Positions 1-9,736 are shown, counted from the first letter of the stretch. The stretch: 64,000 nt of DNA from an uncultured Methanosarcinales archaeon (GCA_964354685.1 CAYHAM010000005.1:9942-73941); one strand, 5' to 3'. Numbers and translations: made by a program. Notes: generated from the letters alone by a model not told the origin.

Positions 1-378
1 GCAGGTAATGCCAGCTCTGTTAGTGGTGATTGGTGGATTTATGATAATACTGATTTGAATATAACAGATTCTGGTGATTGGAATCTGACCGTAAAATGTA
101 TTGATTCAGGGTCTAGCTCTGATACAGAGTCTGTTAATTGGAGTGTTGCTTGGGGTGTTCTTGTGCCTTATATTATTACTGGAAGTAGGGGTGCACAGAA
201 CAATAGCGGGTTTACATTTACTGCTGGTGTTAATTGCACTGTTGGTGAGTGTGGCAACATAAATGCTACTCTTGACCCATATAAATTGAGAGATATGATT
301 GAGGAAGAGATTAGGAAGTTGGATGCGACACAAACCATAACATCAAACAAAAAAGAGAGGGTGATAAAGAATGGATAA
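1..378 (+). CDS. 3' part of a secreted/surface protein (partial, runs off window start)
   Basis: Frame is open from position 1; N-X-S/T sequons, beta-rich sequence, C-x4-C-G-N-I-N-A-T-L-D-P motif. Confidence 0.6.
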   Translation, partial: AGNASSVSGDWWIYDNTDLNITDSGDWNLTVKCIDSGSSSDTESVNWSVAWGVLVPYIITGSRGAQNNSGFTFTAGVNCTVGECGNINATLDPYKLRDMIEEEIRKLDATQTITSNKKERVIKNG

Positions 379-398
379 TTTGTTAAGAAAAAAAGAAA

Positions 399-451
399 GT
401 AGGTTCCATAACCTGGAATTGCCTAGGCATAGGAACCATTTGGCCTCACAG
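399..451 (+). pseudogene. Degenerate partial copy of the downstream class II tRNA gene
   Basis: gtaggttccataacctggaattgc resembles gtggtcgcataatctggtattgc; exact 17-bp accatttggcctcacag at 435-451 and 608-624; no T arm or acceptor stem. Confidence 0.55.
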
Positions 452-542
452 TTGAATGATAATAGAGATGAGGTGATATATAAACCTTTCCACGAATGTA
501 TCGGAAATATTTTGGAAAAGCAGGGTAAAGAGATATTAAGCA

Positions 543-569
543 TTTGTCCAGATATAATATCTGGACAAA
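543..569. repeat. Perfect palindrome abutting the tRNA 5' end
   Basis: tttgtccagatat-a-atatctggacaaa, 13-bp arms. Confidence 0.85.
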
Positions 570-667
570 GCCGTGGTCGCATAATCTGGTATTGCGAATG
601 GTTCAGGACCATTTGGCCTCACAGCCATGCGGGTTCGAACTTCTTTGCGGAAGTCCCGTCCACGGCG
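570..667 (+). tRNA. tRNA with CAG anticodon (nominally Leu), long variable arm, 14-nt T-loop intron (59/60; 640-653); body is Ser-like (G73)
   Basis: Acceptor GCCGTGG/CCACGGC+G, anticodon stem AATGG/CCATT with loop TT-CAG-GA, variable arm TGGC-CTCACA-GCCA, T arm GCGGG-TTCGAA[intron]T-CCCGT with BHB helix TTCG/CGGA. Confidence 0.9.
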
Positions 668-801
668 TCTAAACCTTTTTCTGGGTTTATTTTTGACACT
701 TTAAAGTCTAATAATTTTTTAATTGATAAAAATAATGAGTTTATATTCACAGATTGTGGATTTCTAAACAATAAAAAAATCAAAAACGAGGTGATTTTGA
801 G

Positions 802-2325
802 ATGAATAAGAAAAGAATAGTTCTAGGATTGGTGGCTTTGAGCCTAGTTTTTTTGTTGGCAGTTGGTGCAAGTGCTAGTTTTTTTGATGCGCTTGCTGAT
901 TTGTTTGGGATAAGATATGCGGCACCAGAGATTGTGAATATCTCTGTTTATCCACAGAAGGTGATGCCTGATAGTGTTATGCTGACAACTGTTGAGGTAG
1001 AAGATAAGTATGGTATTAGTGAGGCAATAGCAATTATACCTAATGAAAAGGGTTCTGACACAATAAAAATGCATTTGATTAGCGGCAGCTCTAAAAAGGG
1101 TGTTTATCAGTGCAGCTGGATTGAGCATGATGCAAAGAATGAGAAGTGGTATAATACAACAGTTATTGTTACAAATGTTAAAGGAATGAGCAGTGAAGCA
1201 AAGATTGAGTGGCAGGATCCAACAAAGAGTCATCCTGCAAGTGAGGTTACTGCTGGAACTTTTGATTCTGGGAATTTCAGTTTTCCTGACAGAGTTGGCA
1301 TAGGGACAACAAATCCTATAGCTAAGCTAGAGGTCAAAGATTCTGGAACCGGTGGATTATCCTTGAATGTGACTGGTGATTTGTATGTTAATGATACTGC
1401 TAACGGCGTAGGTATTGGAACAACAAATCCTGCTGGAGCACTTCAAGTTCTTGGTGATGAAGTTAGAATTGGAACCCCAACATGTTCGGATGCCTATTCA
1501 GCTGGTGACCTTTGTATGAATGGTTCTATTGAATCAGAAGGAGCAATTTTTGTGGGTGATATGTGGCACGTTGGTTCAAAATTAAGGATGGGTATGGATA
1601 CTATGTCAAGTAATCAAACTATTGTAGGCATCGCCACTAATGATGCTGGTGCAACCAATAGATATTACATAAAAATGTGGTCAGACGTTGATGGGACACT
1701 AGATGCAGAGTTTAGATTTGCAACTAATGGTACTGCCTATGCAGACGGCACGTGGCAGACAGGTGGAGCAGACCTAGCAGAAATATTTTATTTCCAGGAT
1801 ATCTCAGTTGAACAAGGTGATCTGGTTGCTTTTGTCGGAGAAGAAATCCTAGGTAAAAGTGGCGGCAAACCTTATGATTCGTCAATTGCTGGAGTAATCT
1901 CCACCAACCCAGGATTTTTGGGCGGAGTCAAAGAAGAAGAAGAAGAAAATCCTCATTTTAAACCTGTGGCTCTTATTGGTCGCGCACCGGTTAAAGTGAA
2001 TTTGGAAAATGGTCCAATTGAGGTTGGTGACCCACTGACATCTTCTTCTCAACCTGGAGTTGCAATGAAGGCAACCAAGCCTGGAATCATCATTGGAAAA
2101 GCATTGGAAAGCTTTGATGGGGAATGTAATGATTCAATTGTTGTTAAGCAGGAAGGAAAGGAATACAAGGTTTGTAAGATAATGACTTTTGTCAATGTTG
2201 GATATTGGGAGCCTGAAAACAATGATGATAGCAGTAAAGATATCAGTGAACTTGAGAATGAAGTTATGAAACTAAGGTATGAGGTTGCAATGTTGAGGAA
2301 AGAGTTGGCTGAAGTACAAAAGTAA
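802..2325 (+). CDS. Secreted tail-fibre-like protein with C-terminal intramolecular chaperone (peptidase G2/S74-like) and coiled coil
   Basis: Signal peptide; VGIGTTNP repeats; GADLAE...IAGVISTNPG...VALIGRAPVKV..ENGPIEVGDPLTSS..PGVAMKA...IIGKALE. Confidence 0.75.
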   Translation: MNKKRIVLGLVALSLVFLLAVGASASFFDALADLFGIRYAAPEIVNISVYPQKVMPDSVMLTTVEVEDKYGISEAIAIIPNEKGSDTIKMHLISGSSKKGVYQCSWIEHDAKNEKWYNTTVIVTNVKGMSSEAKIEWQDPTKSHPASEVTAGTFDSGNFSFPDRVGIGTTNPIAKLEVKDSGTGGLSLNVTGDLYVNDTANGVGIGTTNPAGALQVLGDEVRIGTPTCSDAYSAGDLCMNGSIESEGAIFVGDMWHVGSKLRMGMDTMSSNQTIVGIATNDAGATNRYYIKMWSDVDGTLDAEFRFATNGTAYADGTWQTGGADLAEIFYFQDISVEQGDLVAFVGEEILGKSGGKPYDSSIAGVISTNPGFLGGVKEEEEENPHFKPVALIGRAPVKVNLENGPIEVGDPLTSSSQPGVAMKATKPGIIIGKALESFDGECNDSIVVKQEGKEYKVCKIMTFVNVGYWEPENNDDSSKDISELENEVMKLRYEVAMLRKELAEVQK

Positions 2326-2356
2326 AGGAGGTTTATAGTGGAAAAGTAATAACTGA

Positions 2357-4120
2357 ATGACCAAAACAAAGCGTGCATTAATTTTTGTATTTTTGTTTTT
2401 GCTAGTGTTAGTTCTTCCTAACCTAGCCAATGCTGCTTTGAATTGTAGTGTCACTAATGAAACTTGTAATTATGCTAATGTTTTCCATATGTCTAATCTA
2501 AGTAATGCCCATGCTGAGCAGAGCAATGAGTCTGATTACAACTGGAGTGTTTGTTGTTATGATGACGAGGGTGTTGCAACCTTAGGAACAGGTTGTACCG
2601 AGTATTCTTATACAATACTACATTTGTCTAATTCAACCAATGCGCATGTTGAGCAGAGCAATGAGTCTGATTATGTATATAATGTTTGTTTGAATACAAC
2701 TCATGATGATATTTCATGTGTTTATGCCTCAAGTTGCAGTGGTTATGATACTTGTGTTGCTTCTATTTCTAATCACAAAGATGCTCATATTGGGGATTGC
2801 GTAACAGATCCTTACTCAATCTTGATTTGTTGTAATTTGCAGAGCAAGGGGGTTATATCAACTACTGTGGGCACACAACCATTTTACACTACTTCAAGTA
2901 ATCCTCAGACTTATTTGAATGAGTCTTGTTTGCAGAATATGAAAAAGGGTAATTCCTGCAATGTTACATGGAATGTTGTTCCAACTGGATTAATAGGGAG
3001 TATTTGGCAGTTCTTTACAATATTTGAATCAACAAATTATTCATCTTATGTTAGCCAGCAACACACATCAAAGGGTAATATCACTATTTCTGGTAATACA
3101 GCACCAAGTATCTCTACTCCAACTATTAATCCTGATCCTGCTTATACAGATAATGATTTATTGTGTTATGCTAATGCAACCGATGATTTTAACACAACCT
3201 TGACAATAGAGTATTGGTGGTATAATAGCAGCATTTTGTTCGCTTCTGGAAATTATACTGGCGCTAGCAATGGTTCTAACACTTTGGTAAACACTCTTGA
3301 TTCAAGCTATACTGTTAAAAATGAGACTTGGAACTGTACTGTTAGGGCTTATGATGGAACTGATTATTCTAATTATGCTAGTGCAACAAGGACTATTAGC
3401 AACTCATTGCCTGAACAAGTTGTTTTGGATTATCCTGAAGATAATGATACCACATTTACAAACAGAACTCCAAGGTATAATTGGACTAATGCAACTGATT
3501 TAGATGGTGATTCTATTAGTTATCATATTGAGGTTAGCAAGACTGAAAACTTTTCTGATGAGACTGTTAATGAGACAAGTATAACCAACAATTATTATGA
3601 CCAGCCAACAGAGCTTGATTTTGCAACCTATTGGTGGAGGGTTAGGGCTAATGACTCGGATGGTTATGGTGAATTCAGTGATGTTTGGAACTTTACATTA
3701 GTTACAAGCCCAACTATAACATTGGTTACTGATGTTGTAAATTTCACCAATATGGAGGTTGGAGAGTCAAATGATACCTCTGATAATAACCCAATACCCT
3801 TCAAGATACAGAATGATGGCAATATAGCAGCCAATGTTAGTGTTAATGCAACTGCTTTGTGGACAAGTAGTTATGCTCCTTTAAACACTTCATATTATCA
3901 GTTCAAAGCAAATTACAGTGATGAGGCTAACTCTTTTGATTATGCTAATTCAGCAACCACTTGGCAGAATATGTCTGATGTGAACAAGGATGTTGTGGCT
4001 ATTTTGAATCATACTGATGCAAATGATGTTGTTAATATTGATATTGGTGTATTGGTTGCATTGGATGAGCCTCCTAACTGGAAAACATCAAATGTTTTGT
4101 TTACAGCTGTGGAAACATGA
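2357..4120 (+). CDS. Secreted glycoprotein: Cys-rich repeats, Ig/FnIII domains, C-terminal pilin/TasA-like domain
   Basis: Signal peptide; two SNxxNAHxEQSNESDY repeats; YWWRVRAND FnIII-like; C-terminal FKIQNDGNIAANVSV resembles the pilin-like paralogs. Confidence 0.7.
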   Translation: MTKTKRALIFVFLFLLVLVLPNLANAALNCSVTNETCNYANVFHMSNLSNAHAEQSNESDYNWSVCCYDDEGVATLGTGCTEYSYTILHLSNSTNAHVEQSNESDYVYNVCLNTTHDDISCVYASSCSGYDTCVASISNHKDAHIGDCVTDPYSILICCNLQSKGVISTTVGTQPFYTTSSNPQTYLNESCLQNMKKGNSCNVTWNVVPTGLIGSIWQFFTIFESTNYSSYVSQQHTSKGNITISGNTAPSISTPTINPDPAYTDNDLLCYANATDDFNTTLTIEYWWYNSSILFASGNYTGASNGSNTLVNTLDSSYTVKNETWNCTVRAYDGTDYSNYASATRTISNSLPEQVVLDYPEDNDTTFTNRTPRYNWTNATDLDGDSISYHIEVSKTENFSDETVNETSITNNYYDQPTELDFATYWWRVRANDSDGYGEFSDVWNFTLVTSPTITLVTDVVNFTNMEVGESNDTSDNNPIPFKIQNDGNIAANVSVNATALWTSSYAPLNTSYYQFKANYSDEANSFDYANSATTWQNMSDVNKDVVAILNHTDANDVVNIDIGVLVALDEPPNWKTSNVLFTAVET

Positions 4121-5316
4121 AAATAAAAACAATATTGTGGATGATTGTAGCATTGGTTTTGGTTAGTCAAAGCCTTGCGCTTGGAGTTGCACCAGGCCAT
4201 GAGGATATTGTTTTTGCTCCAAATGGCGAGCATAGGGTAAAACTAAAGATAATCAACAATGACAACAATGATCTTAGAGTGGTTTTGTATGCAGAAGGCG
4301 AGCTTGCAGAGTTTGTCACTTTTGATGATTTGACTATGGATATTAGAGCAGATGAAAAAGAGAGCTTTACTTATTATACATTGAAATTGCCTGAGAAGTT
4401 TGATAAGCAAGGCTTGCATAGTGCTAACATTGTTGTTAGACAGATTCCTCTAGAGAAAGAGGGTGAGGGTATTAGCATGGCTGCTAGTGTTGCTATTATA
4501 CATAAGCTGAATGTTATGGTGCCTTATTCTGGGAAGTATGTTGAGATAACATTGTTTAGTCCAAACTTTGAGGTTGGCAAGCAGAGCAATTTTGCAGTTG
4601 AGGTTAGGAATTTGGGAACAGATGATATTTTGCAGGCTCAGGCGATAGTCGATATTTACGGGCCTTTGAATAACAAGCTTGATACTGTTTATTCTGATAT
4701 TCAGCCAATAGCAGCAAAGGACAAGAAGATATTGGTTGCAAAGTGGATTCCTGCATTAGGTGCTGGGAGTTATTATGCGGTTGCAACTGTTGTTTATGAT
4801 GAGTTGAATGTTAAGGATGAGGCTCAGTTTAATATTGGGACAATGATTATAGATGTTGTTGATGTTAGTGTTACTGACTTTAAGCTTGGAGGCATAGCAA
4901 AGTTTGATATTTTGTTTAGCAGCAACTGGAACATACCTGTTGAGGGGGTTTATGCTGAGACAACTATAACTGATGAGTCTGGCAAGGTTTATACAAAGTT
5001 TAAGACTGCTGATGTTGATATGCCTGCGTTTGGTAAGGAGCGTGTTGATGCCTATTGGGATACTGCAACAGTTGGGCCAGGCAAGTACAAGATGAATGTG
5101 TTGTTAAATTACTTAGATAAAACTTCTGAGAAGCTGTTTGAAATAATCGTTTCAATGGACAAGATCCAGGCTAGTCCTGTTGGTAAGCTTATAACACCAA
5201 TCCAAGAAGATGGTGAAGAGTTAAAGATAACCTCTTTGGTTTATATACTTGCATTCCTTGTTGTTTCGCTGATAATATTCAATGTATATATGTATTTTAA
5301 AAAGTTTAGAAAGTAG
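4117..5316 (+). CDS. Membrane-anchored multi-Ig protein (DUF916/DUF3324-like architecture)
   Basis: Signal peptide, GVAP start, three beta-rich domains, C-terminal TM helix plus basic tail; paralog at 7704. Confidence 0.65.
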   Translation: MKIKTILWMIVALVLVSQSLALGVAPGHEDIVFAPNGEHRVKLKIINNDNNDLRVVLYAEGELAEFVTFDDLTMDIRADEKESFTYYTLKLPEKFDKQGLHSANIVVRQIPLEKEGEGISMAASVAIIHKLNVMVPYSGKYVEITLFSPNFEVGKQSNFAVEVRNLGTDDILQAQAIVDIYGPLNNKLDTVYSDIQPIAAKDKKILVAKWIPALGAGSYYAVATVVYDELNVKDEAQFNIGTMIIDVVDVSVTDFKLGGIAKFDILFSSNWNIPVEGVYAETTITDESGKVYTKFKTADVDMPAFGKERVDAYWDTATVGPGKYKMNVLLNYLDKTSEKLFEIIVSMDKIQASPVGKLITPIQEDGEELKITSLVYILAFLVVSLIIFNVYMYFKKFRK

Positions 5317-5361
5317 TAGCTAATATTCTTAGTCTAATGATTTTTAATTTTAAAATTATAA

Positions 5362-5407
5362 TTAGCGAGTTGCCAGTGTCTAACCACAATATTGGCAACT
5401 CGTGGTG
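5362..5407 (+). repeat. Dispersed 46-bp hairpin element, copy 1
   Basis: TTAG-CGAGTTGCC-A-GTG-TCTAAC-CAC-AATATT-GGCAACTCG-TGGTG. Confidence 0.9.
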
Positions 5408-5475
5408 ATTATTATTGGTTTTTAACTAATAAGAGATGAACAAGGTGGTTTATAAGAAACAAGGGTTAATTAACA

Positions 5476-5490
5476 GAAAAATTTATATAT
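5476..5490 (+). promoter_or_regulatory. BRE + TATA box (repeated at about 6634-6647 and 9411-9424)
   Basis: gaaaaa-tttatata at the same position in all three duplicated units. Confidence 0.7.
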
Positions 5491-5543
5491 GTAATATATA
5501 ATTAGTTTGAATTAGTATAAAAACAAAAAAAAAGGTTGATAAA

Positions 5544-6242
5544 ATGGCTGAAGAGATTTCTAATAGAACATTGGCAATTATGTTGATTGTTGTTATGGCA
5601 ATATCTTTGGGAGGTACTATAATTAGCTTGAATAGGCTAACTCAATTGGGCTTTCCTGGTATAACAGGTGCTGCAACTGGCACAGGGACATCAACAGTGA
5701 ATATAACATCACAGGCATCGATAATTTTTCATGCTGGCAATAACACGGTTGCTTTTGGTAATGGATGGGTGAATAGCACAGAGAGCAGTGGAATTTGTGT
5801 TATGAGTGCTGTAAATAATAGTATTGGTACAATAAGTGCAGCTTGTAAAGGTAATTGGGCTGCTGGTAAGAGTGGGTTTATAATAGAAAACAATGGAAAC
5901 GTGAATCTTAGTGTTGAGGTTCATTCAGACAAAAACGCAACTGAGTTCTTAGGTGGTCAAACCTCTGGAACTAATAACATGAATTTCACTTTTAGGGCTT
6001 ACAACAATGAAACAGCATCATGCGCTTATATAAACGATAGTTGTAATAGTACTGTGTGGCTTGCTTGGCCAAGCGATGATGCAAAAACAGGGATTTGTAA
6101 TACCACTGGGGGTTTGGGTTATGATGACACTAAAGACTCAATGGTTATTGACCTTAACTTAAGCATAGACTACAGAACCAATAAAACTGGTAATGGTACT
6201 CAAACAGCAACAATAACAGCTACTGGTACTGCCCTTATTTAA
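5544..6242 (+). CDS. Pilin-like/filament subunit glycoprotein, paralog A
   Basis: N-terminal hydrophobic helix, ITGAA motif, TGTSTVNIT strand, FIIENNGNV, C-terminal TATITATGTA strand, many sequons. Confidence 0.7.
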   Translation: MAEEISNRTLAIMLIVVMAISLGGTIISLNRLTQLGFPGITGAATGTGTSTVNITSQASIIFHAGNNTVAFGNGWVNSTESSGICVMSAVNNSIGTISAACKGNWAAGKSGFIIENNGNVNLSVEVHSDKNATEFLGGQTSGTNNMNFTFRAYNNETASCAYINDSCNSTVWLAWPSDDAKTGICNTTGGLGYDDTKDSMVIDLNLSIDYRTNKTGNGTQTATITATGTALI

Positions 6243-6411
6243 CTAGATTTTTTTATATCTTTTTTTGTTTTTGGAAAAGAGAAAATGAGATTATTTTTTT
6301 CAATGTTATACTTACAAAAACTTATGCGGCTTGTTGTTCTTTTTATGAAACTTTAATAAAATTTAAACTTAGGTTGCTGATAGTCATTATTTTTTAATAT
6401 TATTATGATAA

Positions 6412-6496
6412 CTAGGGTCGCCTGATAAGTGCTCAAACATGTTATGTCAGGCTCCTGGTGCTTTTGTTTCTCTCTATACTCAAGGAGACAAGAAAC
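6412..6496 (+). repeat. Divergent variant of the hairpin element with second hairpin
   Basis: CTAG..GCCTGAT-AA-GTG-CTCAAA-CAT..GTCAGGC..TGGTG, then gtttct...tactcaagg...agaaac similar to 27201-27229. Confidence 0.6.
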
Positions 6497-6700
6497 CTTA
6501 GACCTTTACCCGCGGGTTAATTGAACGTGGTGTATAATTTGCACTGAATTATTTTAATAGTCTATATAACAGTCATTTGTAACCATTAAGGAATAAACAA
6601 CTGTTTTTTGTAAAGAATAATGGTTAATTAACAGAAAAATTTATATATGTAGTATATAATTGGTTTAAATTAGTATAAAAACAAAAAAAAGGTTGATAAT

Positions 6701-6955
6701 ATGGCTCAAGAGGATATTCCAAAAAGGGTGATTTTTGTTCTTTTGATTTTGACAATTGTTATTTCTGTTTTAGGAACTTGGACTGTTCTGGATGCTGTAA
6801 GCAGTGCCCAGCCAAGGGCTTTGCCAAGCACAGCACAGGGTAATGTTAATATTAACATTTTACCACCAAATTCTGGTCAACAAGAACCTGCAATACAAAA
6901 AGCTGAAGCTCAAGGTGTTGTGGGTTTAACAATTCTTGAACAAAAAGGAGGATGA
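6701..6955 (+). CDS. Small membrane-anchored protein with two strand-like motifs
   Basis: TM helix then AQGNVNINI and AQGVVGLTI; identical protein encoded at 9478. Confidence 0.75.
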   Translation: MAQEDIPKRVIFVLLILTIVISVLGTWTVLDAVSSAQPRALPSTAQGNVNINILPPNSGQQEPAIQKAEAQGVVGLTILEQKGG

Positions 6956-6959
6956 TAGA

Positions 6960-7661
6960 ATGGCTGAAGAGATCTCAAATAGAACATTAGCTATTTTGTT
7001 GATTGTTGCAATTGCAATATCTTTGGGAGGCACGATAATTAGCTTGAATAGACTGACACAAATGGGTTTTCCTGGTATAACAGGTGCTGCACAAACTGAT
7101 ACAGGGACAGCAACTGTTAACATAACATCACAGGCATCGATAATCTTTCATGCTGGCAATAACACGGTTGCTTTTGGTAGTGGATGGGTGAATAGCACAG
7201 AGAGTAGTGGAATTTGTGTTATGAGTGCTATAAATTCTAGTGATGGTACAGTAAATTCGGCTTGTAAAGGTAGTTGGGCTGCTGGTTTGAGCGGATTTAT
7301 AATAGAAAACAATGGAAACGTGAATCTTACTGTTGAGGTTCATTCAGATAAAAACTCAACTGAGTTCTTAGGTGGTCAAACTTCTGGAACTAATAACATG
7401 GCTTTCACTTTTATGGCTTACAATAATGAATCAGCATCATGTACTAGTTTGAACATTACTTGTGATAATGAGTGGTTTGCTTGGCCAGATAATGATGCAA
7501 AAACAGGTATTTGTAATTCCACTACTGGTGGCTTGGGTTATGATGACACTAAAGACTCAATGGTTATTGACCTTAACTTAAGTATAGACTACAGAACCAA
7601 TAAAACTGGTAACGGCACTCAAACAGCAACAATAACTGCTACTGGTACTGCCCTTACTTAA
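6960..7661 (+). CDS. Pilin-like subunit, paralog B
   Basis: Start reassigned to MAEEIS after a GGAGG RBS; highly similar to paralogs A and C. Confidence 0.75.
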   Translation: MAEEISNRTLAILLIVAIAISLGGTIISLNRLTQMGFPGITGAAQTDTGTATVNITSQASIIFHAGNNTVAFGSGWVNSTESSGICVMSAINSSDGTVNSACKGSWAAGLSGFIIENNGNVNLTVEVHSDKNSTEFLGGQTSGTNNMAFTFMAYNNESASCTSLNITCDNEWFAWPDNDAKTGICNSTTGGLGYDDTKDSMVIDLNLSIDYRTNKTGNGTQTATITATGTALT

Positions 7662-7703
7662 CTAGATTTTTTTATATCTTTTTTGTTATTTGGAAAAGAG
7701 AAA

Positions 7704-8855
7704 ATGAGATTATTTAAGAGTTTAGGGTTCTTTGTTGTTTTGGGAGTATTTTTTATTTTTGTTAGCCCATTTGCCTTGGGAGTGAGTATACAGCCTGCTA
7801 AGTATAGCATCAACTTTGAGCCCAATCTTGAAAAAGATTTTGGTTTTTACATTTGTGGTGCTGCTAAAATCGAGACTTATCTTGATGGAGATTTAGTAAA
7901 ATATGCAACAATCATAGATAATGAACCAAATAGCAGTTGTAGGGATATTGTTGTAAGAGTAAGATTGCCTAATAAAATAGAAAAGCCTGGTAAAAACATA
8001 TTGTTGGTTGGTGCCAAGGAATTGATAGAGGTTGGTAGTGGGGTGGCTGGCCGTGCTGCTATACAAGCACCAATTGTTATATTTGTTCCCTATCCTGGGA
8101 TGTATGTTGAATGGAATTTTGTAGCACCAAATGTGAATGAGGGCGAAACTGTGCATTTTATTGTATCTGTCAGCAACCTTGGAACTAATAACATCCAAAG
8201 CGCAAGGGCTATAATAGATGTTTATGATGATAACTCAAAAATAAAAAGTCTTAATACAGATGAAAAATCAATACCATCAAAAGAAAGCGCAGAGTTTCCT
8301 CTGGATATGGAAACAACAGGAATGAAGGCTGGTTCTTACAGGGTTGTTACAACCTTGTATTATGATGGGAGATCTGATTTAAAGGAGAAGTCTTTTAACA
8401 TAGGAAGCTTGTATGTGGCAATAAACAATTACACCAAGGTTCTAGAGCAAGGCAAGATCAATAAAGTTGGTATTGAGATTGAGAGTAAATGGAATAACAA
8501 TTTACAGGATGTTTATAGTGCGGTAACTATAAATGGTGTTAAGGTTAAAACACCAAACTATGACCTAAAGGCATGGGAGACAAAAGAGATAGCTGCTTAT
8601 TACGACACAACTGGAATGGACATCGGAGAGTATGATGCACAAATAACCTTGTATTATGGGGGAAAAACAACAACTGAAGAGGGAAAGGTTTATGTTGTTG
8701 AGCAGAGTGAAGTGCAAAGCTCTGAGGCAAAAGAGGAAAAACCATGGAATATAAGTTTTAATATAACACCAACTACCCTCTTAGTAGCTATAATTATTAT
8801 ATTGGTTGTTGTTGACATTGTGTGGTTGATTATAAGAAGGAAAAATAAAAGGTAG
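7704..8855 (+). CDS. Membrane-anchored multi-Ig protein, paralog of 4117
   Basis: Signal peptide, GVSIQP start, same domain layout (VPYxGxY, NLGT, AGSY, SxWN), C-terminal TM. Confidence 0.7.
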   Translation: MRLFKSLGFFVVLGVFFIFVSPFALGVSIQPAKYSINFEPNLEKDFGFYICGAAKIETYLDGDLVKYATIIDNEPNSSCRDIVVRVRLPNKIEKPGKNILLVGAKELIEVGSGVAGRAAIQAPIVIFVPYPGMYVEWNFVAPNVNEGETVHFIVSVSNLGTNNIQSARAIIDVYDDNSKIKSLNTDEKSIPSKESAEFPLDMETTGMKAGSYRVVTTLYYDGRSDLKEKSFNIGSLYVAINNYTKVLEQGKINKVGIEIESKWNNNLQDVYSAVTINGVKVKTPNYDLKAWETKEIAAYYDTTGMDIGEYDAQITLYYGGKTTTEEGKVYVVEQSEVQSSEAKEEKPWNISFNITPTTLLVAIIIILVVVDIVWLIIRRKNKR

Positions 8856-8864
8856 TATGTTATA

Positions 8865-9281
8865 ATGAGATTCAAACAACTTTTATTAATACTTGTTCTT
8901 ATAGCTGTTGTTTGTGTTACATCAACAATGTTGTTTTATTCTTTCTATATTGTGGAGGACGTGAAGGTTATCCCAATGGATATGGTTGTTAGTGATCATT
9001 ATGGTTTTAATCTTGATACAGATGCTATGCATTTTGGGATGTCAACCAGCCCAGGCTCTACAAAAAGGGCTTTGAATATTTCCCAAAATGGTGAGCATCC
9101 ACTAATGGTTGAGATCAAGACGTATGGGGATATTGGTAACTGGGTTTATCCTGAAGATAATGGTTTTGTTTTGGAGCCAGGTATAATTAAAGAGGTTATG
9201 CTCAATATAAATGTACCAGAGAATATAGGGTATGGACAATATAATGGGACAATAAGTGTTTTCTTTAAAAGAATAATTTAA
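8865..9281 (+). CDS. Small membrane/secreted Ig-like (minor pilin-like) protein
   Basis: N-terminal TM; DAMHFG, LNISQNG and GQYNGTISV motifs. Confidence 0.65.
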   Translation: MRFKQLLLILVLIAVVCVTSTMLFYSFYIVEDVKVIPMDMVVSDHYGFNLDTDAMHFGMSTSPGSTKRALNISQNGEHPLMVEIKTYGDIGNWVYPEDNGFVLEPGIIKEVMLNINVPENIGYGQYNGTISVFFKRII

Positions 9282-9477
9282 TCTTATTATATTATTAATT
9301 CACTGATTTATATTAATAAAATTAATACTATCATTTTTATTGAGGGATATTAGTTGTAACTATTTAGGAATAAACAACAATGTTTTGTAAGAAACAAGGG
9401 TTAATTAACAGAAAAATTTATATATGTAGTATATAATTGGTTTAAATTAGTATAAAAACAAAAAAAAGGTTGATAAT

Positions 9478-9732
9478 ATGGCTCAAGAGGATATTCCAAA
9501 AAGGGTGATTTTTGTTCTTTTGATTTTGACAATTGTTATTTCTGTTTTAGGAACTTGGACTGTTCTGGATGCTGTAAGCAGTGCCCAGCCAAGGGCTTTG
9601 CCAAGCACAGCACAGGGTAATGTTAATATTAACATTTTACCACCAAATTCTGGTCAACAAGAACCTGCAATACAAAAAGCTGAAGCTCAAGGTGTTGTGG
9701 GTTTAACAATTCTTGAACAAAAAGGAGGATGA
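9478..9732 (+). CDS. Identical copy of the 84-aa membrane protein
   Basis: Same translation as 6701..6955. Confidence 0.75.
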   Translation: MAQEDIPKRVIFVLLILTIVISVLGTWTVLDAVSSAQPRALPSTAQGNVNINILPPNSGQQEPAIQKAEAQGVVGLTILEQKGG

Positions 9733-9736
9733 TAGA

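Larger units (their letters stand above)
5453..6295 (+). repeat. Duplicated unit A (promoter + pilin-like gene + tail ending in a truncated MRLF start)
   Basis: Promoter and 3' tail nearly identical to units at 6622-7718 and 9399-10497. Confidence 0.85.
6622..7718 (+). repeat. Duplicated unit B (promoter + 84-aa gene + pilin-like gene)
   Basis: Near-identical to 9399-10497. Confidence 0.9.

Noticed and set aside
371..805. 144-aa ORF (and antisense 343..612)
   Set aside because: Runs through the tRNA at 570-667 and its pseudo-copy; no protein-like motif.
802..2325. Prophage
   Set aside because: Only a fibre-like gene with a signal peptide; no capsid, terminase, portal or integrase in the window.
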